The notes under the pieces: generated by a model
Told to the model about the DNA's origin: nothing
Databases searched by the model: none
What the model saw: the letters and a program-made list of their open reading frames with translations, nothing else
Part shown: positions 17,808-28,180 of the stretch, one piece after another
How positions within the stretch are numbered: position 1 is the stretch's first letter
How the letters are laid out: each line of letters begins with the position of its first letter
Program-made: the position numbers and the translations under genes
Assembly: GCA_026004595.1 (NCBI GenBank)
Contig: BPJL01000010.1
Span: forward strand, 1-38,495
Source: Patescibacteria group bacterium
GTDB lineage: Bacteria > Patescibacteriota > WWE3 > UBA101185 > UBA10185
Length of the DNA stretch: 38,495 nucleotides
Direction: 5' to 3'

Positions 17808-19360
17808 GAAGGCATAAACTATTTTGGGGTTCAAGTTATGATAGGGGTTTGCAATATCTCCTTTATATGTGGCCTGATATTAAAAAGGTGTATCCCGATG
17901 CAGAGCTTCATATCTGCTATGGTTGGCAAATTTTTGACAAGGTTGCGGCAAGTAATGTCGAGCGTCAGGAATGGAAACGAGGAATGGAGCTTTTAATGCA
18001 ACAAGATGGAATTTATCATCACGGAAGGGTGGGCAAGGAAGAATTAAAAAAAATTAGACAATCTTGCGGGATATGGGCTTATACTACTGATTTTTTGGAA
18101 ATAAATTGCATCACAGCTCTTGATTGTCAAAGGGACGGTTGTGTCCCCGTTACAATGTCTCTTGCCGCCCTCAAGGAAACTGTCGGGGCGGGAATTCTTA
18201 TTGATGGAGATATTAGAGACAAAAAGGTTCAGGAAAAATACCTCAAAGAGCTTCTTTCCTTAATGGGAGACGAAAAAAGATGGAAGGAATTATCCGAGAA
18301 AGGCAAAAGATTTGCAAGCAAGTTTTATTGGAACAAAATTGCCGATAAATGGATTGATGTTTTCAATGAGCCGATAGAAGATGTTAAAGTCTCAATCATA
18401 ACCCCCACCATAAGGGAGGGTTTTTGGGATAGTATGGCAAAAAACATTGCTTCGCAGACCTACAAAAACCTTGAGTGGATAATTGTTGATGACTATAAGG
18501 AGAACCGAGAAAAAATAGCCGAGAAATATGCCAAAAAGTATAGCCTTGATATTAAATACATCTGGGGCGATAAAGCTAAAGGAATTTACAAAAGAAGGTT
18601 GGGGCTTGTGAGGGCAAACAACCTTGCGTGGAAAGCCGCAACTGGCGAGCTTTTAGTTTGGCTTCAGGATTTTGTTTATATGGATGAAGACGCCATTGAA
18701 GCGTTAGTTGATTTATACCGCCATAATAAAGATTGTCTCATTGCACCAGTTGATATTTATTATGAGCCGATAAATGTTAACAAAAACAATAAAGAAGACT
18801 GGTTTAATGGACAAGATTATCAGGGGAAAAAGGTTTGGAAGAATGTCAGGGTGCAATATCACGGTATCAGAGAAAGCACAAATCCCTATGATTTTGAGTT
18901 AAATTTTGGAGCAATTCCTAAACATATTCTGGATAGGCTCAATGGGTTTTGGGAGTTTTTTGACGAAGGGCTGGGTTATGATAACACTGAAATTTGTCTA
19001 AGAGCGATGAAACTTGGTTATAGACTTTTAATAGACGATAGCATTATTGCTAAATGTCTTAATTTATGGCAGGTGATAAAAGGAAGCCCCCTTAATATAT
19101 CAGGACGTGATAGGCTTCTTAATCCACCACGTTATCTATGGATGATAAGACAAATAGAGAAGGGGAAATTACCGATTGTAAGAGATGAAAAAATAGATGA
19201 CAAAATCAATCTTTATTACGAAATTCCAAAAGAGATAAAAGACGAGGACTGTGCTAAATGGATTGAGAACCACTCGCAAGAGATAGTAAAATCTTGGGAG
19301 GAGGTGAAAAAATATGGCAAAAATGAAACCAAAAGGCAAAAGAGGCAGAGCAATGGTTAG
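17804..19360 (+). CDS. C-terminal half of a GT4 domain + GT2 glycosyltransferase
   Basis: SSYDRGL, EINCITALD...ALKETV; VSIITPT, EWIIVDD, WLQDF, GLGYDN. Confidence 0.85.
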   Translation: MRRHKLFWGSSYDRGLQYLLYMWPDIKKVYPDAELHICYGWQIFDKVAASNVERQEWKRGMELLMQQDGIYHHGRVGKEELKKIRQSCGIWAYTTDFLEINCITALDCQRDGCVPVTMSLAALKETVGAGILIDGDIRDKKVQEKYLKELLSLMGDEKRWKELSEKGKRFASKFYWNKIADKWIDVFNEPIEDVKVSIITPTIREGFWDSMAKNIASQTYKNLEWIIVDDYKENREKIAEKYAKKYSLDIKYIWGDKAKGIYKRRLGLVRANNLAWKAATGELLVWLQDFVYMDEDAIEALVDLYRHNKDCLIAPVDIYYEPINVNKNNKEDWFNGQDYQGKKVWKNVRVQYHGIRESTNPYDFELNFGAIPKHILDRLNGFWEFFDEGLGYDNTEICLRAMKLGYRLLIDDSIIAKCLNLWQVIKGSPLNISGRDRLLNPPRYLWMIRQIEKGKLPIVRDEKIDDKINLYYEIPKEIKDEDCAKWIENHSQEIVKSWEEVKKYGKNETKRQKRQSNG

Positions 19361-19502
19361 GAAACTGGGCAGAACTTACAAGACGGGTGGTTTTGCTAAA
19401 ATAGCTAGAAAAGCAGCCAAAAAATATGGTTCTATTGCTGTTGGTCGTCGTGTAGCTGGAGCGATTTTCCAAAGAATGGTAAGAGCTAGAAAGAGGGGGT
19501 GA
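19314..19502 (+). CDS. Very basic 62-aa protein
   Basis: RBS GGAGGTG; K/R/G/A-rich with no acidic residues. Confidence 0.7.
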   Translation: MAKMKPKGKRGRAMVRKLGRTYKTGGFAKIARKAAKKYGSIAVGRRVAGAIFQRMVRARKRG

Positions 19503-19506
19503 GACT

Positions 19507-19620
19507 ATGCCGTTTCACAGTCTAAAGCAACGCACTTGGATGAAAATCAACAAACCCGAAATATACAGGCGGTGGAAAAAGAAGTATGGAACGAAAATTC
19601 GCAGGGTGGGTAAAAAATAA
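19507..19620 (+). CDS. Basic 37-aa protein
   Basis: RBS GGGGGTG; MPFHSLKQRTWMKINKPEIYRRWKKKYGTKIRRVGKK* (not in ORF track). Confidence 0.65.
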   Translation: MPFHSLKQRTWMKINKPEIYRRWKKKYGTKIRRVGKK

Positions 19621-20107
19621 ACTAAAAAGGGGAATACTACTTGATATAGGAAGTGGCAACCCAGCATCAGGCGAAAATCAGCCACAAGGCTATGTGCTTC
19701 AGGATATTGAACCCTATCAAAATATAGATTTAGTATGTGATATAAGGGATTTGCCTAAATATATTCCCGATGGTTATTGTTCGGTTATAAGAGCCAGCCA
19801 CGTTTTGGAACACTTTGGAACGAAAGAAACACAAGAAGTGATAAAAATGATTTATAGATTACTTGAGAAGGGGGGCAAATTTATAATCTTTGTTCCTAAT
19901 TTTAGATGGCACGCCCAACTTGTAGCTCAGGGACAAGATGAGATGGCGGTTCACTATGCTTTTGGCGGGCAATTAGACGAATGGGATTATCACAAAACTG
20001 GTTATACTCCTAAAATACTAAGAAAATATCTAGAACAAGCGGGATTTGAGATTTTAACTTTAGACGAAGCAAGCAGTATTGAATGCCACGCAATTAAAAA
20101 TTATTAA
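19586..20107 (+). CDS. Class I SAM-dependent methyltransferase
   Basis: LDIGSG, ASHVLEHF, RLLEKGGKFIIFVPN. Confidence 0.85.
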   Translation: MERKFAGWVKNKLKRGILLDIGSGNPASGENQPQGYVLQDIEPYQNIDLVCDIRDLPKYIPDGYCSVIRASHVLEHFGTKETQEVIKMIYRLLEKGGKFIIFVPNFRWHAQLVAQGQDEMAVHYAFGGQLDEWDYHKTGYTPKILRKYLEQAGFEILTLDEASSIECHAIKNY

Positions 20108-20110
20108 AAA

Positions 20111-20141
20111 TTGAAAACCTCTCAATCTTCTACTTTATAAT
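20111..20141 (+). promoter_or_regulatory. Late-class promoter 3
   Basis: TTGAAAACCTCT, 19-bp spacer, TATAAT, 8 nt to ATG. Confidence 0.8.
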
Positions 20142-20149
20142 CTTCTTAT

Positions 20150-20773
20150 ATGGATACTCTTGAGGAAATATTAAAATCAGCGTCTTCCATTCTTGACTTA
20201 TCTTATTCGTTGCCAACCGGCGATGAGTTGACGACAAGAACAAATTTTGCCAACCAAGCAATTAAGGACGCCTGTGATTTTGGCAAACTTCCTGACTTTA
20301 AAAAAGAATATGTTATTTATGCGACAGGTGCTACAATTCCGCTTCCTGCCGATTTTAGGGAGCTTCACGAAAACCCAAGAGTTTGGGATACGGCTTGGAT
20401 AGAGTATCCTGAAATTGAAGCTGAGGAAAAATACGAAAAAGACTCGGCAGATAAATACTCCTATGTGCTAGGAAACCCACAAGATGGCAAATATCTTTAT
20501 CTTAACAACTTTGACGGCGGCACAGTCTCAATCATTTATCAGAAATACCCCGACGGGTTTGCTACCTTAACCGACAAATGCGAATTATCCTCTTCTTCTT
20601 ATGTGGTTCAAAGGATTGTTTATTATGTCCTTTACTCAAGGGGTGATGACAAATTCCCGCTTGCCAAAGCCGAAAGCGAGAAAATTCTTGCTAATATGAT
20701 GAGTAGAAAAAATTTGACAGCGGGTGGACAAGGAAAAGTAGCGGGTGTTAAGTTTAACAATCCTTTAAAATAA
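20150..20773 (+). CDS. Putative head-tail adaptor
   Basis: 207 aa, helix-beta-helix layout, first gene of the tail module. Confidence 0.6.
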   Translation: MDTLEEILKSASSILDLSYSLPTGDELTTRTNFANQAIKDACDFGKLPDFKKEYVIYATGATIPLPADFRELHENPRVWDTAWIEYPEIEAEEKYEKDSADKYSYVLGNPQDGKYLYLNNFDGGTVSIIYQKYPDGFATLTDKCELSSSSYVVQRIVYYVLYSRGDDKFPLAKAESEKILANMMSRKNLTAGGQGKVAGVKFNNPLK

Positions 20774-20779
20774 AATGCT

Positions 20780-22720
20780 ATGCCTATCTTTGACACACGG
20801 GTTCCATCTTTTAGAAAAACAGGAGAAGTCTCTGTAGAGTGGAAAACCTTTAGAAAAGGTCTAAATCTTCTTTTGCGTCCCACCGAAATAGGTTTTAATG
20901 AGATGGCAGAAAGCGTCAATCTTATTCTTACGGGTTCGGGTGTGCCAACAGGAAGGTGGGGAACAGAGCTTTATTTTGACACTTTGGTTGACGGAAACGT
21001 GGGTGGACTTGGTAGTTATGTCTCCAAAGACGAAAGCCAAAGAGATTTACTTGCGCTAACTTATGACGGCAAAATTGTCAAAAAAAGCGGACAATCTTAT
21101 TCCCTAATCGCGGGGCAATCTTACCCAACGGGTTCAATAGCCAGATTTGAGCAGTTAGGAGGCAAAACTTATATTGTTAATGAAGATGTGCCTTTTGCAG
21201 AGTATGACGGCACCAATTTATCGGTTTATGCAACTATCTCTCCACCCACAGGACTTTCGGCCACTAACTATTCTGGTGTGACTGGTTCAAACAGGGTCTC
21301 CTATAAGGTGGTTTTAGTTTCAGCTAATGGGGGACAAACAACGCCATCAACTAATTATGTCCTAAACAATTTACCCACCGATTTAAGTAAAACCGAAGTA
21401 AGGCTTTTCTGGACAGCTCCCTCTTGTGCTACTTATTCAGGTTTTGAGATTTATAGAGGCAGAGAAGGAGACGAAACGTTTTTGGCTTCAACTGATGCTG
21501 GGGTAACTTATTTTGTAGATACTGGTGCTCCCGCTTCAGAGACAATCCTTCCTCCAGTTACAAACACCACGGGCGGTGTTAAATCAAAAATCATTGCTAA
21601 GTATAAGGATAGACTTTTAGTCGTTCCCGCCGACGATCCCAATATGCTTATGATTTCTGGTAGATACCCCAATCACTACAAGTTTAGTTGGTATGATGGC
21701 GGCGGATATATTTATATTGATCCTGATTCGGGTGATTCAATCACGGGGATTGCCGTTCAGCCCATTGCTGATAGAATTGTCGTTTACAAAAATCACTCAT
21801 CGTACCTAGTCAACCTGGATATAATTCAAATAGGAAACTATTATGTTCTTGACCCACAATACTCACCAATTTCAACCTCAATCGGAGCTTCTAACCCCGA
21901 TACGCTGGCTACAGTTGAAAATGATACCTTCTATTTTGGAACTGATGGACTTTATGTAACGGGTTACGAGCCAAATTTCTTAAACATCATTAGGACAAAC
22001 GAAATATCAGCTCGTATTAGGCCATATCTTGATTTGCTTTCAAAAGATGATTATCAAACCGCTTGCGCGATGTATGTTAATAAAAAATATCTCCTCTCGT
22101 TCCCATTAAGGAAAGAAATTGTAGTTTATGACAGAGAGCGTGGTTGTTTTGCCTCAATTTGGAAACTTCCCTTTGGGGTAGTTAAGATGACTAAATTTTA
22201 TGAGGATAACGGAGATGAAAAATGGGTTTTGGGACTAGACGATGGGCGGGTGGTTGTTTTTAACAGATATCTTAATAACGATTTGGGTTCAACGATTGAA
22301 AAGAAGTTAAGGACAAACAAAACCGATTTTGGAGATTGGACGACCCTACAAACGATAGAATACTTTTACTTCCTATTCAGAAACATCATAGGTTCAACCG
22401 ATGTTACAATCTTGCTTGAGAACAGAAGCGGTGAGACTTCGGGGGTTAAGATATTTACCATTTCAGGTGCACAAACTGCAGGTTATACTGGATATGGCAC
22501 TGATAAATATGGAACTGCTAAATACGGACTTTCTAATTCAACAACAGTTAATATAACTTCAGATGAAATACCGCGATGGGGAACTCTCTTTAAGGTTGGA
22601 AAACTGCTTCAGATGGAGGTTGCCTCGACCGCCGCAAATAGCAACTTTGAGCTTTTGAAAATTAAGGTTACTGGCAAAAAGCATCAGAGGGGTAGCTTGG
22701 ATAGTGGAAGTAGAGTTTGA
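20780..22720 (+). CDS. Putative tail nozzle/DNA-stabilisation protein (P22 gp10/T7 gp12-like) with FN3-like insert
   Basis: 646-aa beta-rich protein; GLN..L.PTEI...E.....N N-terminus; PPTGLSA...YRG module. Confidence 0.65.
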   Translation: MPIFDTRVPSFRKTGEVSVEWKTFRKGLNLLLRPTEIGFNEMAESVNLILTGSGVPTGRWGTELYFDTLVDGNVGGLGSYVSKDESQRDLLALTYDGKIVKKSGQSYSLIAGQSYPTGSIARFEQLGGKTYIVNEDVPFAEYDGTNLSVYATISPPTGLSATNYSGVTGSNRVSYKVVLVSANGGQTTPSTNYVLNNLPTDLSKTEVRLFWTAPSCATYSGFEIYRGREGDETFLASTDAGVTYFVDTGAPASETILPPVTNTTGGVKSKIIAKYKDRLLVVPADDPNMLMISGRYPNHYKFSWYDGGGYIYIDPDSGDSITGIAVQPIADRIVVYKNHSSYLVNLDIIQIGNYYVLDPQYSPISTSIGASNPDTLATVENDTFYFGTDGLYVTGYEPNFLNIIRTNEISARIRPYLDLLSKDDYQTACAMYVNKKYLLSFPLRKEIVVYDRERGCFASIWKLPFGVVKMTKFYEDNGDEKWVLGLDDGRVVVFNRYLNNDLGSTIEKKLRTNKTDFGDWTTLQTIEYFYFLFRNIIGSTDVTILLENRSGETSGVKIFTISGAQTAGYTGYGTDKYGTAKYGLSNSTTVNITSDEIPRWGTLFKVGKLLQMEVASTAANSNFELLKIKVTGKKHQRGSLDSGSRV

Positions 22721-22726
22721 AGACAC

Positions 22727-22757
22727 TTGCAAACCTCTGATGGCTATTTTTTATAAT
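22727..22757 (+). promoter_or_regulatory. Late-class promoter 4
   Basis: TTGCAAACCTCT, 19-bp spacer, TATAAT. Confidence 0.8.
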
Positions 22758-22767
22758 TCAGTTAAAT

Positions 22768-23895
22768 ATGGCACTAATATATGGTTCATCTCTAACAGAC
22801 CCACGCGCTGCTAATTATGGGGGTTCGTATCTGGCTCCCATGTCAAGCGATACTAATCCCTATGCCGCAAACTATCAAGGGAGGATGGCTCTCCCACCTG
22901 CTCTACGATCAAGTGTTCGGGTAGCCACGAGTCCTTCTCAAGTCGGGCAGCCGATTGGTTCTGTTTTGGGCACCTCAACGAGTAGTGGTGGAACAGGCGG
23001 TGGCTCACAACCCGTTCAACAGGAGCAACCACAGGAAGACCCGCAAGAAAGAATTAGGCGTGAGGTTGAAGCAATCTATTCTCCTTTAATGAATTATCTT
23101 AATCAGGCAGAAAGTGCGGTAACTAGCGAATATCAACGCTATGTTCCCGAACTTGAACAGCAATACGCAACCTCTCTTTCAAACATTCAAAATCAAAAAA
23201 CACAGGGCGAAAGAGAATTGGCCTCTCAAGAACAAGCGGCAGGGGTGAGAAGAGAAGACGCCTTGTCTGCCGCGAGGAGACTTTATGATGAATTAAGGCG
23301 TGGTGGTCTTCAAAGATTTGGTGGTGCTTCTTCAGCAGGACAGGCCTTTACCGAGTTAACCGCCCAAGAACAGCAAAGGCAGTCGGGTAATATTTGGCAG
23401 GTTTATCAGCAAACGCTTGATAATCTTAATAAATATAGAGCTAATCTTTTAGATAATTTTGCTCAAGCTCAAAAAGAGTTGGAACTAGCAAAAACTTCTG
23501 CTTTACAACAGGCATACGACAACTATCAAAACAGACTTAATGAAATCAGAGCTAAGAAAGGAGAAACAGAAAGTCTTAAGGCAAAAGCACTTTATGACGA
23601 GCTCCAAAATTTAAGAAATCAGGTTTATCAGATTAATCTCCAATCTCTCAATCTTGCTCAACAGCTAGCTTATAATAAACAGATGGCATTAAGCACGGTT
23701 GACCAGTATTCACAAAAAGTAGCTCAAAGCATACTTGGTGGCTCAACCTCTTATCAGAACTTGGTCAACGCCACCACAACCAGACCAGTAAGTAATTTAA
23801 CAGTTGGTGGACAGCCTACCACAACCACAACACAAACTGGAGTTATCCAACCCACATACAGAAGACCTGAAGAATACTTGAATTATCTGTATTAA
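22768..23895 (+). CDS. Putative ejection/internal virion protein
   Basis: Gln/Ala-rich coiled coil after tail genes. Confidence 0.55.
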   Translation: MALIYGSSLTDPRAANYGGSYLAPMSSDTNPYAANYQGRMALPPALRSSVRVATSPSQVGQPIGSVLGTSTSSGGTGGGSQPVQQEQPQEDPQERIRREVEAIYSPLMNYLNQAESAVTSEYQRYVPELEQQYATSLSNIQNQKTQGERELASQEQAAGVRREDALSAARRLYDELRRGGLQRFGGASSAGQAFTELTAQEQQRQSGNIWQVYQQTLDNLNKYRANLLDNFAQAQKELELAKTSALQQAYDNYQNRLNEIRAKKGETESLKAKALYDELQNLRNQVYQINLQSLNLAQQLAYNKQMALSTVDQYSQKVAQSILGGSTSYQNLVNATTTRPVSNLTVGGQPTTTTTQTGVIQPTYRRPEEYLNYLY

Positions 23896-23904
23896 GGACT
23901 TTAA

Positions 23905-23935
23905 TTGAAAACCCCGCTTAATTTTGGTCTATAAT
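23905..23935 (+). promoter_or_regulatory. Late-class promoter 5
   Basis: TTGAAAACCCCG, 19-bp spacer, TATAAT, 8 nt to ATG. Confidence 0.8.
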
Positions 23936-23943
23936 CTTCTTAT

Positions 23944-26900
23944 ATGGACTTAATATCTTCTGTTGTTAATAAAGTCAAAGAGGTCGCAAGAAATATGGGT
24001 AAAAAGGTTAGCGACGATGAAGGATTTATCCGTCAGGGACAATTTACTCCTGTTCAGGCTGTAAGAGATTACTTTAATCCTACTTATAATCAAGGACAAA
24101 ATTTTTGGAGCACGCCAGCGGCACAAGGTTTGGCTAGTTTACAGACTACTTTAGAAAAATCAAGATATGAAATGCCAAAGGTTAGCCTAGAAAGTGTTAC
24201 TCCACAAATTAAAACTCCTTATAAACCAGTAAATTTGGTTGCTAATTTACCCATAAATTTAGCAAGAGGCATAGCTGAAGGAATTATCAATGCTCCAGTA
24301 AATGCTTGGCAAACTGTAGCGAGGATTGGTTATGATATTGTTAATGTTCCTCGTGGAGAAGTTAAATTAACGCCGCAAAGAGTTTTGTCTGATATTGCTC
24401 CTGGACTTGAAGCATATTTATCTGTCGCTGGTTTGGGATTGGGAAAACAAGTAATTAAAGAGGCAGGAAAAGAACTAGCTAAAGGGTCTGTTAAGCAGGC
24501 AATTAAGAAAGGAGCATTAGAGGGATTTTTATATGGTGGAGGATTTGGCTTAGCGGAAGCGGCTTCCTCTAAAGAATTTGCCGAAAAACAAAATGTTGGT
24601 TCGTTGGTAGAACCGACTTTAACTGGGGCGGCAGGAGGAGCGTTGATTGGGGCAGCAGCAAGAGGTGTGCCAGCGGCAATAGGAGCACTCTTTAATAAAG
24701 TAAAATCAGCAATAAGGGAAATTCACCCCAACCAACCCCCTGAATGGGTAGACAAGCAAGGAAGAACCTTTGTTAGAAATGAACTAGGAAGATTTGTCGG
24801 TCTTAAGCCGTTAGTTAAAGAGGAAAAAATTCCAATTAAACAAGGTGAAAAAATTATTGGTTATATTACTAGAAAAAGAGTTTATCCATCCGGGAAAGAA
24901 CCTCGTTGGTATGGGGATGTAAGAGAAAAAATTGGATTGCCAAGAGAAGGATTAACTTCAGAAAACATCCCTTTTGGGTTATCGGTTAAAACAACAAAAG
25001 ATGAGAATGTTAGGATGGTATCACAAGCAGTCAAACAAGGTCATATTACCGCAGAGGAAGGACAGGCAATTTTGGAAGAGTTAACAAAGCAGGGTGGAAA
25101 GATTAAACTAAAAGGCTCTGTAGAACCACAACCTATGGCAGAGGGCAGTCAAATCGGCATACCTCAATCTTCGCAAAAAATAGAAGGTAAATTACCGAAA
25201 GAAGAACTACAAACCAATATACCTTCACAGACCAATGCATATACTAACATTGTATCAAACAAAGTCAAAAACGGAGAACCGCCGACCGCTGATGAGGTTG
25301 GAAAGAGTATAGAGGAAAGATTAAACGCCTTTACCGAGAAGGTTTTAGGCTACAATCCTCAAGATATTCAGGGCGGGCAAAAAGGAGCATCTTTCTTTAC
25401 AAGGACTTTGCGAAAAGGACAGGAAGCGGTGTCAACCACAGTTGAAAAAGGATTGGCAAGTCAATTTACACCAGTTAGGCTTGCTTCACAACTTCTAGAA
25501 GGATTTTTCAGGGGCATAGGTATGTCGCCCGAAAGAGCACAGGCATCAGCGACCCTCAGGGGGGGTATTAACTTGGCTCAAGAAAGAAGTTTCAATATAG
25601 GACAGGCATTATACGATTTACTTGGAGAAGACCGAAAATCTCTCGCAAGAATAAATGCGGTTCTTGACCCAGAATTGGCAAAAACTAAAATATCTTTTAA
25701 TGATTTAACACCAAAAGAAAAACAAGTTTATAATCTTATACGGGAAGGGTTAGATTTGGTTCACGATATCTCATATGCCAACGGGTTTTTATCTCCTGAA
25801 AAATATTTAGCTAATAAAGGAAAATACACTCCCCGCCTTTATGAACCAATGGAGCTGCCACCAGAGGTTAATGAATTTGTTAAACAGGCCTCAAAGAAAC
25901 TAAACTTTGATATTTTTAAGAAAAGGAAAGATGTTGACGCATGGAAGATAGAAAACTCACTTAATAATCCTATTTATGGACTTGCCAAAAGACTGTCGCA
26001 GGTTCAGATGAATATGGAGGTTAAGAAATATACTGATTTTCTTGCATCAAATAGTCGGTATGTATCAGACACCCCCAAAGCAGGATTTGTTAAATTATCA
26101 GAAAGTCCTGTATATGGCAAATTAAGCGGGAAATATGTCTTAAATAGTGCCGCAGAGGACTTAAAAGGATTTTTCTTCTCAAACGAATTGACACAGAAGT
26201 TATATGATGTTTTTAGGGTTTATGATAGATTACCCGTTAGACAGCTCCAGAAAAAACTATTAACCGTGTTTAATCCAACCACTAATGTCGGTAATATAGT
26301 GTCAGATAATGTCTTTGGTTTTCTAACTGGAGTTGACCCATTGACTCTTAATAAAAACATTCTTGAATTGAAGAAAAATCCGCAAGAATATAGAAAACTT
26401 GTTGATTATCTGATGAGTAAAAATGTCATTGGAACGGATATAACAAGGACAGACTTTGTCAGTCAGCTTGCCAAAGTAGATGAGCTTGCAAATATCGGAG
26501 CTAAACAGAAACTAAAAGGTGTTGCTTCTAAAGTAGAGAAATTTTATGGCGGAACAGATGATATCTATAAAACAGCGGCTTTCAAAGCCCTTCTTGATAA
26601 AGGATATTCTCTTGAGGAAGCGACAAGACTGGTAGCTGATGGATTTCAGAATTACGCAAATGTCGGCAAATTCTATGATTTATGGGCAAAAACACCTATT
26701 ATTGGAGAACCTTTTATTAAGTTTCAGGGCGATTTAATAAGAATAATTAAGAATGCTGCAGTTAATAGACCCCTTCATTTAATAACCTTTTTGGCTACAC
26801 TAAAAGGCATTGCTTATCTATTTAGCAAACTTTCAGGAGAAAGCGAGCAGGACAGAATAACAAGAGAGCAGAGATATGCCGCACCATATATTCCCGGACT

Positions 26901-28179
26901 TAATATACCCCTAACTTGGCAAACTCCGTTGGGTGAAATAAATGTTGCTCGTTATATGTCGCCAACCTTTGCTAACCGCGATACTTCAACCCTTGTTGGT
27001 AAAATGTTGCCTTTTACGCCAGAAATGAGTAAATATGGAAAAGACAACGCCACCTTTATAGCTCAAAATATCAGCGACCCATTAGTTGCTCCTTTAGTTC
27101 AGGGGTTGGTGTTAAACAGAGACTTTAGAGGAAAACCGATAGCAGATGTTAACGAAACTAAATATAAACCATCAACGCTTACACCAGAAGAAAAACTTGT
27201 AAATACTGCTACTTTTATAGCAAGGGGTTACACGCCGCCGCCAATAAATAGTGCTATTGATGTTGTAAGAGCTTTTCAAGGAAAACCTAATATGTATGGA
27301 GCCAAACAGACACCCGCTCAAGCAATGGCAAGATTGTTTGGTATTAAAATTCAGAAGTTTGGGCCAGAAGAAGCACAACAACAAAGGGAGAAGGATTTGG
27401 AATTTTCAGCCCAACATAACGAATTTATTGATAGGCAAATAGACTCGGTTTATAAGCAATTATTAAATAAAGAAATTACCCAAGAGCAGGCAGATAAAAG
27501 AATAGCAAACCTTGAGAAGCAGAAAAAATCGCTCCCCAATGTTCCCCAAAGTGGAGATAAAATAAGACTACTTGATAAAGACGGAAAATTAAAAACAATT
27601 GATTTGCTTGACATTACTCCGCTTGAGACAGACACCAACTATCAAAAAGCCTTAAAGCAGAAAAAAGCCTTCTCTTATGTAGATGATATTTTAGACAGCG
27701 AGATGCCGGTTGACGAGAAGGGACAGGCACTAGCCAAACTTGGAATAGACCCCGAAGATGCTGCTTACTACAATGTCGCAAGACAAGATAACGATATTAA
27801 AGATATTTATGTCAGAGACGAAATAGCTAAATATGGCGACAACAGGCAAGAGATGCTTTTGGGACTTGTCAAACTAAGAAGAGAAGTAAACGGAAAGATG
27901 ATTTTGGCTGATAAGGTAATAACCTCTTTATATGAGGATGGTATCATTAGTTATGATGAGGCAAAATGGCTCAAAAATGCCAAATATACAAAGGATGGAC
28001 AAGTTAGGGTAAAATTATCAGGAAGGGGAAAATCGGCAAAGCTCAAATCTGTTACTTATAGAGCTAAAAAGCTGTCTTATAAAGTCCCGAAGTTAAAGGC
28101 TATCAAAGTTGGCGGGGTTAGAAAAGGAATATCGGGAAGGGGTAGAATATTCAAAACCAGAAAAGTAACTTTTAAGTAA
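23944..28179 (+). CDS. Large ejection/DNA-transfer protein
   Basis: 1411 aa, Gly/Ala-rich hydrophobic helices, helical core, very basic C-terminal tail. Confidence 0.65.
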   Translation: MDLISSVVNKVKEVARNMGKKVSDDEGFIRQGQFTPVQAVRDYFNPTYNQGQNFWSTPAAQGLASLQTTLEKSRYEMPKVSLESVTPQIKTPYKPVNLVANLPINLARGIAEGIINAPVNAWQTVARIGYDIVNVPRGEVKLTPQRVLSDIAPGLEAYLSVAGLGLGKQVIKEAGKELAKGSVKQAIKKGALEGFLYGGGFGLAEAASSKEFAEKQNVGSLVEPTLTGAAGGALIGAAARGVPAAIGALFNKVKSAIREIHPNQPPEWVDKQGRTFVRNELGRFVGLKPLVKEEKIPIKQGEKIIGYITRKRVYPSGKEPRWYGDVREKIGLPREGLTSENIPFGLSVKTTKDENVRMVSQAVKQGHITAEEGQAILEELTKQGGKIKLKGSVEPQPMAEGSQIGIPQSSQKIEGKLPKEELQTNIPSQTNAYTNIVSNKVKNGEPPTADEVGKSIEERLNAFTEKVLGYNPQDIQGGQKGASFFTRTLRKGQEAVSTTVEKGLASQFTPVRLASQLLEGFFRGIGMSPERAQASATLRGGINLAQERSFNIGQALYDLLGEDRKSLARINAVLDPELAKTKISFNDLTPKEKQVYNLIREGLDLVHDISYANGFLSPEKYLANKGKYTPRLYEPMELPPEVNEFVKQASKKLNFDIFKKRKDVDAWKIENSLNNPIYGLAKRLSQVQMNMEVKKYTDFLASNSRYVSDTPKAGFVKLSESPVYGKLSGKYVLNSAAEDLKGFFFSNELTQKLYDVFRVYDRLPVRQLQKKLLTVFNPTTNVGNIVSDNVFGFLTGVDPLTLNKNILELKKNPQEYRKLVDYLMSKNVIGTDITRTDFVSQLAKVDELANIGAKQKLKGVASKVEKFYGGTDDIYKTAAFKALLDKGYSLEEATRLVADGFQNYANVGKFYDLWAKTPIIGEPFIKFQGDLIRIIKNAAVNRPLHLITFLATLKGIAYLFSKLSGESEQDRITREQRYAAPYIPGLNIPLTWQTPLGEINVARYMSPTFANRDTSTLVGKMLPFTPEMSKYGKDNATFIAQNISDPLVAPLVQGLVLNRDFRGKPIADVNETKYKPSTLTPEEKLVNTATFIARGYTPPPINSAIDVVRAFQGKPNMYGAKQTPAQAMARLFGIKIQKFGPEEAQQQREKDLEFSAQHNEFIDRQIDSVYKQLLNKEITQEQADKRIANLEKQKKSLPNVPQSGDKIRLLDKDGKLKTIDLLDITPLETDTNYQKALKQKKAFSYVDDILDSEMPVDEKGQALAKLGIDPEDAAYYNVARQDNDIKDIYVRDEIAKYGDNRQEMLLGLVKLRREVNGKMILADKVITSLYEDGIISYDEAKWLKNAKYTKDGQVRVKLSGRGKSAKLKSVTYRAKKLSYKVPKLKAIKVGGVRKGISGRGRIFKTRKVTFK

Positions 28180-28180
28180 T

